From positions 220,472,001 through 220,536,000 of the forward strand of contig OZ024742.1 of assembly GCA_964016885.1 (NCBI GenBank): DNA of 64,000 bases, read 5' to 3'. The position numbers were made by a program, and so were the translations under genes. Below are positions 12,925 to 26,432 of this stretch, one piece after another. The notes beneath the pieces are model-generated. The model ran no database searches. It was given only the letters and a program-made list of their open reading frames with translations, and was not told the DNA's origin. This DNA comes from Eledone cirrhosa. Lineage: Eukaryota. Position 1 is the stretch's first letter. Every line of letters begins with the position of its first letter.

Positions 12925-13687
12925 ATAGGTGAGCCCTTTACCTTTTTTCCTTCCGTTTTCTCTATTTCTATTTCTAAATATATACAATTGGATGCATAAA
13001 TATACTAATCGTAGATATTTTACCGGCAAAGACAACGATTAGCTCGGTGGGTCTTGCTTAAAGATGCAGCTGGATAATTTTGCGATGATTGCTTCTGATA
13101 ATACCCACTGGAAGGCGTGTCAGGAGACTCTTGCCTCACTGCCCCAGAAGAAAGGAATTATAATAAGGGAGTGTACTCTTAAAAAGAACAGAGTAATCTT
13201 CCTTGAAATAATTAAATTTGAAAGTTTCTCTGAAATAATTGTATAACTTCTGTTCAGTAATAAACTTTAAACAATAAATCATTTCAGGATAAATATATAA
13301 ATAAATATTTTTATTTATGGAATAAATCTTGCGAATACAGTTTAATAGAAAAGGAAACAAAAGGAAAAAAATAGGAAAATATAGAGAAAAAAAGAAAAAA
13401 AGAAAGAAAAAACGGAAACGGGAGGGGATGGCAAGAACTCTGGTGTGGCAGAAGAGATGGGAGGAGTGAAGGGGGAGGAAGATTGGGATTGGGCAGGGAG
13501 GCAGAAGGGCTGCACCCCACGGACAAGACCACAAAAGCATTCCCGCTAACAATGACCAATGACACAGGCTGCAACACCCACCCAACCTCGCGGGGCTCTT
13601 TCCTCAGACGGGCCGCCGAAATACATCGATATATATAAATACATCAATTAAAACCAAAAGTCGGAACGACGGCAGCCCGCTTGAGGA

Positions 13688-13881
13688 GGGGACCCCATGT
13701 GGTGGGGACCCCGTGTGGTGGGGACCCGTGTGGTGGGGACCCCGTGTGGTGGGGACCTCATGTGGTGGGGATTCCGTGTGGTGGGGACCCCGTGTGGTGG
13801 GGACCCGTGTGGTGGAGACCCCGTGTGGTGGGGACCTCATGTGGTGGGGACTCCGTGTGGTGGGGACCCCGTGTGGTGGGG
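13688..13881 (+). repeat. G-rich 15-18-bp minisatellite (GTGTGGTGGGGACCCC)n
   Basis: About 12 variant units visible. Confidence 0.9.
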
Positions 13882-14188
13882 TAGCTGTTGCAGCGGGTGT
13901 CTCTGGCCATTCTCCACGGTAACACTTTTGCCATTTTGTCCGCGAGGCGTTGCTGAGGCACCGCTCACACTGGGGCGTAGTGACTGCCTCTCCTCCTCTC
14001 ATTTCTTTTGCAGCTTGATCCTTCTTTCCTTTTCTACTTTCCATATTCTTTTTTCTTCTTCCTTTTCTGTTCCCTTAGTAGTGTGTTTTGTTTTTTATTA
14101 GATACTGCTCAATTATTTTTATATAATGGCTTTTCATGATATTGTCAGATTTTGTATATTGAATAAACTGGGACACTTTGAATATAAC

Positions 14189-14365
14189 TGTTTCTACTTT
14201 AGGCACAAGGCCAGCAAATACCCAGTGCATTACTGGTACTTTATTTTATCGACCCCGTAAGGATGAAAGGCAAAGTCAACCTCGGCGGGATTTGAACTCA
14301 GATCGTAAAGGGACGTAACTATGCTGGAAAGCATGGCGTCCGACCCTCTGCCAATCCACCGCCCT
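14189..14365 (-). mobile_element. tRNA-derived SINE, family A
   Basis: Near-identical to 2445-2628; TSD-like CTTTGA(A)TATAACT. Confidence 0.9.
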
Positions 14366-14582
14366 TTGATATAACTTAAATGGATGTGTGTTGTGCCTCA
14401 TTGGTCTGCTGACAAACTGTATGTCATAGGACTGCTTGATCAGAGTTGACCTGGGCTACACAACCTCAAGAATACCACCAACACAATCCCCCCAGCATCA
14501 CCACCATCTGTTCACCTTTATTACTATCAACACCAGCAACACAGCCCCACCACCAACGCCATTCCTCATTCAGAGCTAACCT

Positions 14583-14623
14583 ATTACCACCACCACCACC
14601 ACCACTACTACTGCTGCTGCTGT

Positions 14624-14656
<33 letters not shown>

Positions 14657-14691
14657 TACTGCTACTACTACTACCACCACTACAACTACTG

Positions 14692-14725
<34 letters not shown>

Positions 14726-14789
14726 CACTACTACCACCACCACCACCACCACTACTACTACTACTACCACCACCACCACTACTACCACT

Positions 14790-14836
<47 letters not shown>

Positions 14837-14882
14837 CACCACCACTACTACTACCACCACTACTACTACTACCACCACCACC

Positions 14883-14916
<34 letters not shown>

Positions 14917-14962
14917 TTACTACTACTACTACTACTACTATTACTACTACTACTACTACTAT

Positions 14963-14995
<33 letters not shown>

Positions 14996-15017
14996 CACTA
15001 CTACTACCACCACCACT

Positions 15018-15064
<47 letters not shown>

Positions 15065-15152
15065 CACTACTACTACCACCACCACCACCACCACTGCTAC
15101 TACTACTACTACTACCACCACCACCACCACCACTACTACCACCACCACCACC

Positions 15153-15196
<44 letters not shown>
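14583..15196. repeat. Compound (ACT/ACC)n trinucleotide microsatellite
   Basis: Direct inspection; the poly-Leu/Pro/Val ORFs are artefacts. Confidence 0.95.
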
Positions 15197-15419
15197 ATCA
15201 GTGTGTTAGCACTGCCGTCCAAATGACCCCGTCATATAAATCACACACATCCTTATTATCTAGCTACAGCTAGTAGAGCACGTTTTCTTTCTTATCTCAT
15301 CATCTGTGTTCTTCCTTTCCTCTGCATCCCTTCCTTCCTCCTTTCTCTACAAGCTCTACCCGATACTATTCCTAACAGTAACAAATACATCGGTAATACA
15401 GCTAAACAAGAAATCGTCA

Positions 15420-15620
15420 ACATCATCATAAAACATCATCACCATCATCATCACCATCATCATCACCACCACCACCACCATCATCACCATCATCACCATC
15501 ATCGTCATCACCATTACCATCATCACCACCCCCACCATCATCATCATCACCATCACCATCATCACCACCACCCCCCATCATCACCACCACCACCACCATC
15601 ACCACCATCATCATCATCAT
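15420..15620. repeat. (ATC/ACC)n microsatellite
   Basis: Direct inspection. Confidence 0.9.
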
Positions 15621-15689
15621 GCCTTCATCACTCACCTTCACATACGGCCTAGATATTATGTATACAACCAACAAGAAAAAGACAAATTA

Positions 15690-15793
15690 ATTGTTTCTAC
15701 TTTTTAGCACAAGGCCAGCAATTACCCAGTACATTACTGGTACTTTATTTTATCGACCCCGTAAGGATGAAAGGCAAAGTTAACCTCGGCGGG
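15690..15793 (-). mobile_element. SINE family A, 5'-truncated
   Basis: Matches the 3' part of the 2445 copy. Confidence 0.85.
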
Positions 15794-16080
15794 TTAATGC
15801 CTTTCTATCAGAGATGAAAACATCGAAGCTTAATGTAACCGTAAATGTCTTATTTTCAAAGTTCGCATCTTTGAGGATGATGTTACTAGACTGAAAATAT
15901 ATAATAAAGCTAAAGTCTTCTGATACTTATATATATATATGTGTATATATGCAAAAGTTTTATTTAAAATTGTTGGGTTACAACGAGTAAATATTTTATA
16001 ACTGATATAAAGCACTCAACAAGTTTTGGAGTAGATATACGATATTAAACAAATGGAAACTATATTTATAAAACCATATT

Positions 16081-16146
16081 TATTTCATTATACATATTTC
16101 AGGGATACCATATTAAAAATATGGCATGCCTTCTTCAGATAAAATA
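16081..16146 (-). ncRNA. Type I hammerhead ribozyme (left arm of an inverted pair)
   Basis: Minus strand: TATTTTAT-CTGAAGA-long stem II (AGG..CCATAT/ATATGG..CCT)-GAAA-TATGTA-TA-ATGAAATA. Confidence 0.75.
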
Positions 16147-16235
16147 CAATATATAAGCAAACCAACTTTTTTAAATGGAAGTTGTTCAAAATTCTATGGT
16201 GCGTCAAATTTATTTATAAAACTGCTTATATATTG

Positions 16236-16301
16236 TATTTTAGCTGAAGAAAGCATGCCATATTTTTAATATGGTATCCCTGAAATATGTATAATGAAAT
16301 A
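16236..16301 (+). ncRNA. Type I hammerhead ribozyme (right arm of an inverted pair)
   Basis: TATTTTAG-CTGAAGA-stem II-GAAA-TATGTA-TA-ATGAAATA; 16035-16158 and 16223-16345 are inverted repeats. Confidence 0.7.
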
Positions 16302-16342
16302 AATATGGTTTTATAAATATAGTTTCCATTTGTTTAATATCG

Positions 16343-16394
<52 letters not shown>

Positions 16395-16395
16395 A

Positions 16396-16896
<501 letters not shown>

Positions 16897-16966
16897 ATCA
16901 GAATGGATGCAGTAAAAACCTGTTAGACCATTACTCACCAGAGTACACGATACTTGAGGTAGTAGA

Positions 16967-17025
<59 letters not shown>

Positions 17026-17079
17026 TATACACATATATATATATATGTGTGTGTGTGTATGTATATATATGTGTGTGTG

Positions 17080-17210
17080 TATCCCGGGTTCAATCGGGGG
17101 TAACGACAGTAAGTTAGGTACTCCATACATTAGTAGAGTATATACAATATTTAATATAGAAATGACTTCTACAGGACTAGAACTGTTTCATTCGAAGGAA
17201 ATCATCAATA
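17080..17210 (-). mobile_element. ~130-bp microsatellite-embedded repeat with an HHR-like motif (family B; other copies ~29161-29300, ~34351-34410, ~45342-45468)
   Basis: Shared TATCCCGGGTTCAAT...CAGTAAGTxAGGTACTC...CTTCTACAGGACTAGAACTGTTTCATT; reverse complement reads (C/T)TGATGA-TTT..AAT-GAAACAGTT. Confidence 0.7.
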
Positions 17211-17322
17211 TATATATATATATAAAACATTCTATATATATATATAAAGGCATACATATATACAGAAATGCATACGCGCACACTCACGCATATATGTAAT
17301 ATATAAAACAGCATATATATAC

Positions 17323-17408
<86 letters not shown>

Positions 17409-17425
17409 GGAAAAAATGAAACGAA

Positions 17426-17460
<35 letters not shown>

Positions 17461-18023
17461 GTAACCAAACCAACCTGCGCAGTAAGGAGTACGGAGTAAC
17501 CAAACCAACCTGCGCACTTCGTCGAGTGCTCCAGCCTGCATACTGAGGTGTTGGTATACAACCAACATAAACTCAAAATCTATATATACATATATATAAG
17601 ACATTCATGTTACATACAGACCAAGAAAATGATTAATTAGCAATCCCCTCTAATATAAAACAAAAACTCACGCATATACATACCATACATACACACACAT
17701 ATACATACACACGATCACGCATATTTCTTTATAGAATCCCGCCACGTTCAAATACTTAATTCATTCCTTCAGACAAACAATTTTATAACTGAATGTGGAA
17801 TAAAGGAAGTTTCATTGCTTACGTATGGTGAACTGAAACCTACCTCTGGTCCATAATCCCTTCAGCTTCATGTAAGATGCGACTTGGCTAAAAAAAAAAA
17901 TAGTACGCTGGCTTCGAACTCGACATAGGCCATTGAATTATATTTTACCACGAACTACTCGTAGAGATCACCTCTATGTTCTTGTGTTGACTTCCCAGAA
18001 ACCCTTTGGCTCTATTTGTTCTA

Positions 18024-18212
18024 AGGGCAGGGGATTGGTAGAATCGGTTGAGGGTCAGATACCATGCTTTGCGGCATAGATTTACGGCCCTTTACGGTTT
18101 GAGTTCAAATCCTGCTGAGGTTAACTTTGCATTTCATCCTTACCGGATCGATAAAATAAAGTACCAGTAATGTATTGAGATAATTGCTGTCCTTGTGGCA
18201 AAAGTAGAAACA
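18024..18212 (+). mobile_element. SINE family A, diverged
   Basis: GAGTTCAAATCC B box and CATCCTTACCGGATCGATAAAATAAAGTACCAG core. Confidence 0.85.
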
Positions 18213-18596
18213 ATTATTTGTTTTAATTTAAAAACTATCAGTTCAAGAGAGAAGGCATCTTGAAGCCGATTATTAAAGAAGTACCAAGATTTGAGATACA
18301 GTACCAACTAGAAACAAAATCTTTGAGTACATAGAGGTTGTGAAAAGATTCAACAGTACTCCTAGCTGCTTTACAGCTTCCCTTGCTTCGCATTTTTTCT
18401 TCATCTTTTTTTTTAATGCTTATTTAAGGCTACCGTTGACTATCCCTATTTTTTTATTAGATTTTTTTATTCATTTATTTATTTATGTTTTTTTTTTTTT
18501 TTACATTCACTTATCTCTGTGTATGTTTGTTTGTATTTTTGTTGTTGTTGTTTTTTTTTGTCAACTGTAAGAAGTACTAGATACTTTAGTCTATAC

Positions 18597-18878
18597 CAGC
18601 CATAGGCAACCTGCGGCCCGAATCTTTCTGAATGGCTCGCCTAAGTCACCTAGGTGAAATCTTTCTGATTTTTTCCCTCAACTTTTCAGTCGTAATTTAT
18701 CTTTCTACCATTTTTGAGGAAAACAACGTGTACGAATTCTGAAGAAACAAATCAAAACAACCTGAGTTACCGCCCTTTTTTTAAATGTAGGCACGAATGT
18801 AAATTAGCGCTTGCGGCCTGTCTGATGATGAGCCGTATTTCATGCGGCCCCCTTCTCGAAAAAGGTTTCCCATACCTG
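18597..18878 (+). mobile_element. hAT-type MITE
   Basis: CAG...CTG imperfect TIRs; 8-bp TSD GTCTATAC/GTCTATAG; second copy at 55792. Confidence 0.85.
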
Positions 18879-21079
18879 GTCTATAGGGACGTTTAAATTG
18901 ATTAAATAAATAAATAAATAAATACTAACAAAGTTTTCTCGGAGATTGAGTTGGAGCGTGAGTGTATTAGAATTCGTAGAATAACGAGAAGATCTCAACG
19001 CAACAAAGCTGTCAAGACAGCAAAATGCCGCCAATGACAGTGTCGTGAAAAAGTTTGTGTAAAATACAATTTATAACAGAAACTAAGAGAATAAGAATTT
19101 TTTTAAATGCAAAGGTGGGGAGACTCCAAGGGTCACTCGTGAAAAAAGCCCACAGAAGCCACGGTCACCCTGTCCGCTACGGCAAAGTGCCCTCTCACAG
19201 TTGTTCTCCTCCAATCTACAGGTGTATATTCAAGGCAGGCCTGTTCATACAGACCATGCTCACCACTCGCACCCACATTTCAACACCAACACGCTATGGA
19301 ACTCTCACCAGCATCATGGTCGACACAAGCAGCAATAACCCTGCGGAGCCCGACATTTTTGCCTCATGATCCAACCATTTGGTTCCGATACATCGAAACT
19401 CAATTTCATACACACGACATTTCGTCAGACAGGACAAATATTTCCCATGTGGCAGGCGCTTTCCCATGAGACCCTGCTAGCAGTACCACAAGGCACATTT
19501 TCATATGCAACGAAGCGAACTCATAAAGCGGACATCCGTCTCTCAATAGCAACGAATTAATCAGTTGCTTTACTCAGAGGAGATAGGTCACAAGAAACCG
19601 TTACAGTTCTTAAGACGGTTAAAGCAACTGTTGGGGGAAAATACCATGGAGCCGGCCATCCTGAAACAACTATTCCTACAAAGGCTGCCGCCAGCCACTC
19701 GCAGCATTTTGGCGGTTAGTAAAACATCCACCCCTATCCAGGAGTTGATGGATTCAGCCGACAGAATCATGGAGGTAGCAGCACCACTGTTATTTGTGGC
19801 CCAGGAGACAAACACCCATCCACTAGTAAGCTCTTTTTCTTCCTCTTTTTTTTCTTCATAATTTTCTTCTACTTCCTCGTCTTCTGTTTCGGAAGTGGCA
19901 GCTCTGGAAGCTCGGCTGGAGAAACAGGATACACAGTTGGGCACACTTGTGACCCAAATGCAGTTACAGCCACGCAGCAACGCCAGTCCATCTCGGCGTG
20001 CTTTTTATCAGCACCCGTGAGATCTGTTCGAACTTGGACAACCGATTCCGAATGCTGGTACCCTCGTAAATTCGGCGGAAGGGCCAATAGATACCTATTG
20101 CTCTGTTCTTTTCGGAAGGACTCCCGTTGTGTTCCGGGGAATGACGTGTCCAGGGAGAAACGGCGGCAACCACACCTGGCTCTTTCAAACCTAGTGACCG
20201 ATCGACTGGTGTCCGGTTTCTAGTGGACACCGATGCGAAAGTTAGCGCCCTGCCATCTCCACCCCTTCACATGGTCCCCAAGAAATCTATAGGTGACTGG
20301 TGACCGTGTAGGGACTATCTGTTTCTTACTCACGTATAAAACCCGATATCCTGTACCTCCCATACAGGACTTCTCTGCTACCCTACATGGAGTCTTTTCG
20401 AAAATCGAACTCGTACGGGCGTACAACCAGATTCCTATTGAAACGGATGACATTCAGAAAACGCCCATTACGACTCCTTTCGGCATTTTCGAGTTTCTTA
20501 GGGTGCCATTCAGTTTATGCAATGCTGCATCAACCTTCCAGCGTTTCATCGACACAGTAGTATGTGGTTTACCCTTCGTCTACACGTATATTGATGATAT
20601 GCTAGTAGCCAGCACGTCCCATGAGGAACACGAAAGACACCTATGACTAATTTTCGAGCGTGCGTTTTTCTCAGTTTGGTGTCATCATCAACCCCAGCAA
20701 ATGCCTTTGGAGCGTTTCTTCTCTTGATTTTCTGGGACACCACAACGACAAAAAAAGGAATCAACCCACTCCACAACATGGTTCAGTCGATTTTAGATTT
20801 CCCACTCCTACATCCTTGAGGAAAGAACGTGAGTTTCTCGGCTTCATAAAATGTTACCGCTGGTCCATTCTTCGCTGTGCAAAGCTTCTCTAGTTGCTAA
20901 CAGATATCCTACGGCAGTGCAAACGGAAGAACCACCTTATCACTTTTGATGATGAACAAGCAGCTGCCTTTCTTAAAATCAAGAGGGCCTTAGCGGAGGC
21001 TACAATGCTGGTCCATCCCTAACCTGTCTGTTTGTCGATGCGTCAATGCGTCGGTGGCGTACTGTAGCAATGTGTAGAC

Positions 21080-21906
21080 CAAAGGTTCTCAACGGGGGGC
21101 ATATGCACCCCCGGGGGGCGTTTCAGAACTCCAGAAGGGCGTTTGGGAGCAAGGTCGCGTTCGGGGGGGGGGGGGGGGGGGCACTGGAAGGCTCTTTATT
21201 TTGGTAAGTTTTATAATCCATATTTGTATGTCTTTGAGACAGCCAGTGTGAATGCATTTGAATGAGCATGCAGACAGCATAACTATAGTCTGACCGCAGC
21301 TGTGAGCAGCTGTGAGCAGGTGTGTCCGGTAATTGAGACGTTAACCGGTAATTGAGATCCTAAAAATGGAAAAACCCACAGTCAACTGGGTCAAAGACAC
21401 TTTGAGCGCAGCCAGTTAGAATCTTATCTTTCCTTCACCGATAACAATGTATTTCATGCCTGAAATTATTGACTCAACTGCAACGAGTTAACACTATGTA
21501 GATCTATTTTATTCCCTATTGTATAAATAATATTACAAATAAAAAAAAAGAAAAGAAAAAACAGAAGCGAGTAGCACACACATCTAGGACCACATACAAC
21601 ACATAATCAGATAATACACACATCTAGGACCACATACAACACATAATCAGATAATACACACATCTAGGACCACATACAACACATAATCAAATAATACACA
21701 CATCTAGGACCACATACAACACATAATCAGATAATACACACATCTTTGGAATATTGTTAATCAATTTTTTAGTAATCTACTGATATAAAAATCTGTAGTA
21801 TATTGAAAAATGGAAATAGGGTGGCGGAGTGGGGGGGGCGGGGAGGCGTTTCGTGATTTCGAGGGACAAAAGGGGGCGTTTGGCTTAAATGGGTTGAGAA
21901 CCTGTG
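21080..21906. mobile_element. hAT-type non-autonomous element inserted in the Gypsy-2 RNase H region
   Basis: TIRs CAAAGGTTCTCAAC / GTTGAGAACCTGTG; perfect 8-bp TSD GTGTAGAC. Confidence 0.9.
21576..21745 (+). repeat. 40-bp tandem repeat x4 inside the hAT element
   Basis: CATCTAGGAC recurs at 21581, 21621, 21661 and 21701. Confidence 0.95.
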
Positions 21907-23323
21907 GTGTAGACAATGCATGGCAACCGTTTCCTTTTTTTTTTTTTCTAGGCGCCTCAAACCGACTGAAACGAAGTACAGCACATTCGATCGAGAACTT
22001 TAGGCAGCGTACCTCAGTGTGAGATATTTCCGGCACATGTGGAAGGTTCTGTGTTCTCTATTTACGCGGACCACACACCTCTCACGTACGCTTTATATTC
22101 CAAGACTGGCCGCCACTGACCTAGAGAAGTACACCAACTGGATTATGTATCCCAGTATACTACGGATATTCGCCATATTAAACTCCGAAATTCTCCATCT
22201 TCTTGTTTTTCAAACTTCTACTTTTTTCTCCTGGTCGTATTTGGTGTGATGTATCTACGGGTCACGAATTCCCTTATGTACCTTTAAAGCATAGACGTTC
22301 GGTTTTTCTGCTCTGCACCACCTACCGCATTCTGGTGACAACTCCACCCTCAAGTTAATAACAGCCCGGTTTGATTGGGCTGGTGTGAACAAGGATGTCA
22401 GGCGTCACGTCCAGTGTCAGAAAGTAAAACATTCACTACCATGACTGAACTCCTCTGGAAACCGTCGCAACACCAGATGCATGTTTCCAACATGTGCACA
22501 TCGACATCGCCGGACAGCTGCCTTTTGACCTGTGTGGACGGATTCTCCCAGTCGTCTGAAGCCATTCCCCTGCCTGATACCACAGCCGAAACTATTGCCA
22601 ATACGCTAGTACAGTATTAGATTTCGCATTATGGCACACATTCTACCATCACAACGGACAGAGGAGGCCAGTTCGAATCGAACGTTTTTAACACACCTCC
22701 TAGGTTGTAACCGAACACGAACAACAGCTTATAACCCTGCAGCTAACGGTATGGTGGAACGTTTCCATCACCAATTAAAATCTGCTCTCAGAGCCTATGT
22801 CAACACCAGCAACTGGTTAGAAATCTTACCCCTTATCCTTCTTGGAATTCGCTTCACCGTAAAAGAAAGGCCTGGTTTTACGCCAGCTGAGCTGGTTAAT
22901 GACACAACATTAGTATTAGCCGGACAAATAATTCACCTGATTCTCAACATCCCGCGGATCCAACAAACTACATCAATTGTCTGCGGACCTATATGTTAAA
23001 CCTGCCATCTGTTGAAAACACCCTCACCGTCAGACCAAGTTAACCCTACATCAGCGCTCCCACCCACCGGTACTCCTAACTCTATGCTGACAACAAGCAC
23101 CAGATCTGGTCAACGGGTACACTAGTCATCCCATTATGTCCACTGTTTTGAGTAACATTACTCATCACATCTATAATTTGTTCTTTTTGGGGGGGTATTT
23201 TGTTTGGTTTTTCTCTTTCTACAAGGGAAGTATGTAGCAGTTTTCTATCTGAGGTCATTTGTTCTCTCTTTCGCTACTTTTTCGATTATCAATCGCTCCC
23301 ATTTCGATCTGATGGGGAACTAA

Positions 23324-23602
23324 TGTAGCGAAAGAAATGGTTCCCACGGTGTTCTCTTACGGACACGGGCACAAATTAGTTATCTGCTACCTCGAAGGGA
23401 AGTCAATAGATAAATTTCCCTGGTGAAAGAATTTACGGTGCTAATTGTATGAAGGAGAACATATTCTAGAGCCATCTGTTATCTATCAGTAAAGTAACTG
23501 GCAGTCATTATAAATAGGCTGTTGTGTAACCCTAGCATTACTTAGTTCACTGCCATTTCGCCTGTACAACATAGCTTGTCCTTATAACAGTTTATCGCTA
23601 CA
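23324..23602 (+). repeat. Gypsy-2 3' LTR
   Basis: TGTAGCGA...TCGCTACA inverted termini, directly after the polypurine tract. Confidence 0.75.
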
Positions 23603-23973
23603 TTCGCTGGTTACATACTGCTGACTACAACTCTTCTTTTAAGGGAACATCCCATGGTAAATAAAAGATTCGTGCACAACACAGAAGCTTTATTGAAAAT
23701 TATAATCAAACATTATATTTACGATTCGAAGTAATCATATTTTTTTCTTTGTTGAGGTGAGGTAAAGATATATATTAAACCAGAATTGTTGGTATTTGTA
23801 GTTTCTCTTCAAATAAGCTCAATGCACCTTAGTTCAGAGCATCAATAATTCAAATTCAGAAATTACTTTTTTTCCACCTTAAGTATGTATATTTTTTCCT
23901 GAATATTATTTGTATTAAATATGTGTACAAAATACTGTGTTTCTCAAACGATATATGATTCTTTTTCTCTCTC

Positions 23974-24060
<87 letters not shown>

Positions 24061-24204
24061 GCCCACCACATAGCTGGCATAAATAGGAATAGGCTCATTG
24101 CCTCTAATACCACCGTAAACCCCGGAGCCACCCAACAGAACCACCACGCGGGACGCAACGGAATCCGGACAGGCCCAACTAGCACACCGGAACCCAACGT
24201 CCCT

Positions 24205-24702
24205 GTGCTGATTGCGGAGGCTACCCAGCCAACCCCGAGTGATGGTAACCACGCGGTACATGTGGTAGGGTTTAAGAAGTCATGTAATTGCAGAGACCCA
24301 TCACTATGCCCCCTTAGTAATGAATGCATGACGAAAAACGTAGTCTACAGGTGCAAGATCACAACCCCTAACTCGGAGCACCACTACATAGGATCCACAG
24401 CGACGAGCTTCAAAGATCGGTGGTATAACCATCGCCATTCCTTTAACAGAATAGATAAGAGGAAATGTACGGCCTTTTCTGAATTGATCTGGAAGCTCAA
24501 ACTTGAAAAGACCCCGCACTCTCTGCTCTGGTCCGTGGTTAGAAAGGTTCCCCCAGACAGAGGCGGGTCTGGTATTTGCAACATCTGTCTTAGTGAGACA
24601 CTCAAGATTCTTCATGGCGGAACCAAGCTATTAAACAGAAGGGCCGACTTAGGTGCCTGCAGACACCTAAGGACGGGAACTTTCCTCAAGCTATATGGAT
24701 AA
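24205..24702 (+). pseudogene. 5'-truncated Naiad-type PLE: CxC Zn motif + GIY-YIG endonuclease, open frame; element ~24058-24866 between (TA)n tracts
   Basis: CNCRDPSLCPLSNEC; VVYRC...YIGST..FKDRWYNH; CNICLSE; LLNRR...CRH. Confidence 0.9.
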
Positions 24703-24869
24703 ATCCCCGGTTACGTCCCCCCCCCTTGAGGTCCCCTACACCCCGTACCAATGACCAATGGACAACAACAACCACCCATAGTTTGTGGTCCCTATGGTGG
24801 ATGGTCCACCGGATCCTCTACTGGTTAGGAGTCATCAAAACCACGTTTTATTGAACCTGATTTTACATA

Positions 24870-24919
<50 letters not shown>

Positions 24920-25105
24920 GTATATATGTGTATTTTATATATATGTATGTATATATATGTATATATTTTATATATATATGTATATGTATGTGTATTTTAT
25001 ATATATATATATGTATGTATGTTTTATGTGTGTATATATTTTATGTATGTATTTTATGTATATATATATATTTTATATGTATATATTTTATATATATGTA
25101 TGTTC

Positions 25106-25192
<87 letters not shown>

Positions 25193-25837
25193 CTTGTGCG
25201 TACGCACATGCATACATATATATATATGCACACCTGTATGGATTTGTGTGTGTAGATGTGTGAGTGTTTGAGGGGGTAGGTGTGAGTGTGTGTACAAGTC
25301 AACCAGCATAAACCTTTTATTTCTAAATGTTCTAAACTATCTAAGTATTGGACTCTAACCAATATTTTAAGTATTGCCACCCCACATTTTGTATGTGTGG
25401 ATGTGTGTGTGTGTCTGTGGAGGTGGGTGTGAGTGTACGTGAAAGCCAACTTACATAAGTCTTTTCATATGTAAATTTTCTACTCTAACCATAATTTTCA
25501 GTAGCACCACTCCACATAAATTCCTCAACTTAAGAATGACCTGTAGTATCTATTTCATACTATTAACCTTAATTGAATATATATCTGACCAGGAATGCTT
25601 TTTGTGAAAATCAGTCATATGGAACTATTGTCATCTTGCCTGGCGGTTTGAACTTTACAACACCACCTGCCTCTTTGAGGTCAAATACCAACCCTACTAC
25701 CATCTACAAACTGACCAATGAGAATCAAGACTATTCCTGCTGACAACATTAAATTATTCCGAACAAGCTCATATTTCCCAAGGCTCTAATACCATCAACA
25801 CTATAAACACAGAGCTGGCATATCTAAGAACTGACTA

Positions 25838-25893
25838 ACTGCCTGGTGAGGTCATAGCCATTCAATGGCTATCATCGAAATATATATAGCAGT
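25838..25893 (+). ncRNA. Type I hammerhead ribozyme remnant with a core A6G change
   Basis: ACTGC-CTGGTGA-stem II (ATAGCCAT/ATGGCTAT)-GAAA-TATATA-TA-GCAGT, followed by AATAAA. Confidence 0.7.
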
Positions 25894-25938
25894 AAATAAA
25901 GGATTATGAGTTCATGCAATTGACTTATGTTTCGTCAC

Positions 25939-25980
<42 letters not shown>

Positions 25981-25985
<5 letters not shown>

Positions 25986-26416
25986 CGAAGGGTATTAGTA
26001 GTGGTTGTTAGATGAAATAACAAGAATAGCTGATTTACTTTATATATGAAAAGGTTTACTTCACTTCAGTCAAAAATAACAACAAATAAGTTACCAGGAG
26101 TCGCAAAGGTTGACGATGTTATTTTGTTGTTGGTTCATGAGGTTGGTGTAGTCTGAGACCAGGAGAGAGAGAGTAATGGTCTGTAGGTAGCGGTGTAGGT
26201 AGCGGTGAATCTTTCACAGCTATTCTATAGCGTAATGCTCCGATCTCTCTGTATGTTAGACGTGGGATGATACAGGTATTTTATACCTGTCGTTCTCTGT
26301 CTCCCACCTCGAGGGATCGCCCACGCATGAACCTGTCCACGTCGAAAAGGATGGTGACTTAGAATTTGACGTTTAAGTGTCACCCAAGGTTCAAGGCGTG
26401 GACAGATTTCGCTACA
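25981..26416 (-). mobile_element. Solo LTR
   Basis: TGTAACGAA...TTCGCTACA termini; the last ~50 bp are shared with 27640-28299; sits between (TG)n and (TA)n. Confidence 0.7.
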
Positions 26417-26432
26417 TATATATATATATATA

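Larger units (their letters stand above)
19370..23601 (+). mobile_element. Gypsy LTR retrotransposon 2, heavily decayed; 5' LTR not seen
   Basis: gag (PTIWF; ILKQLFLQRLP; CWYPRKFG), RT (YPVPPIQD; ASTFQRF; YIDD), RNase H split by a MITE, integrase ([17 protein letters not shown]); PPT GATGGGGAA then LTR. Confidence 0.9.

Noticed and set aside
12031-13035. 334-aa minus-strand ORF
   Set aside because: Antisense shadow of the GC-rich CRE coding region; no recognisable motifs
21576-21745. CRISPR-like 40-bp periodicity (likewise the 38-bp array at 8351)
   Set aside because: Pure tandem repeats without spacers, lying inside eukaryotic transposons
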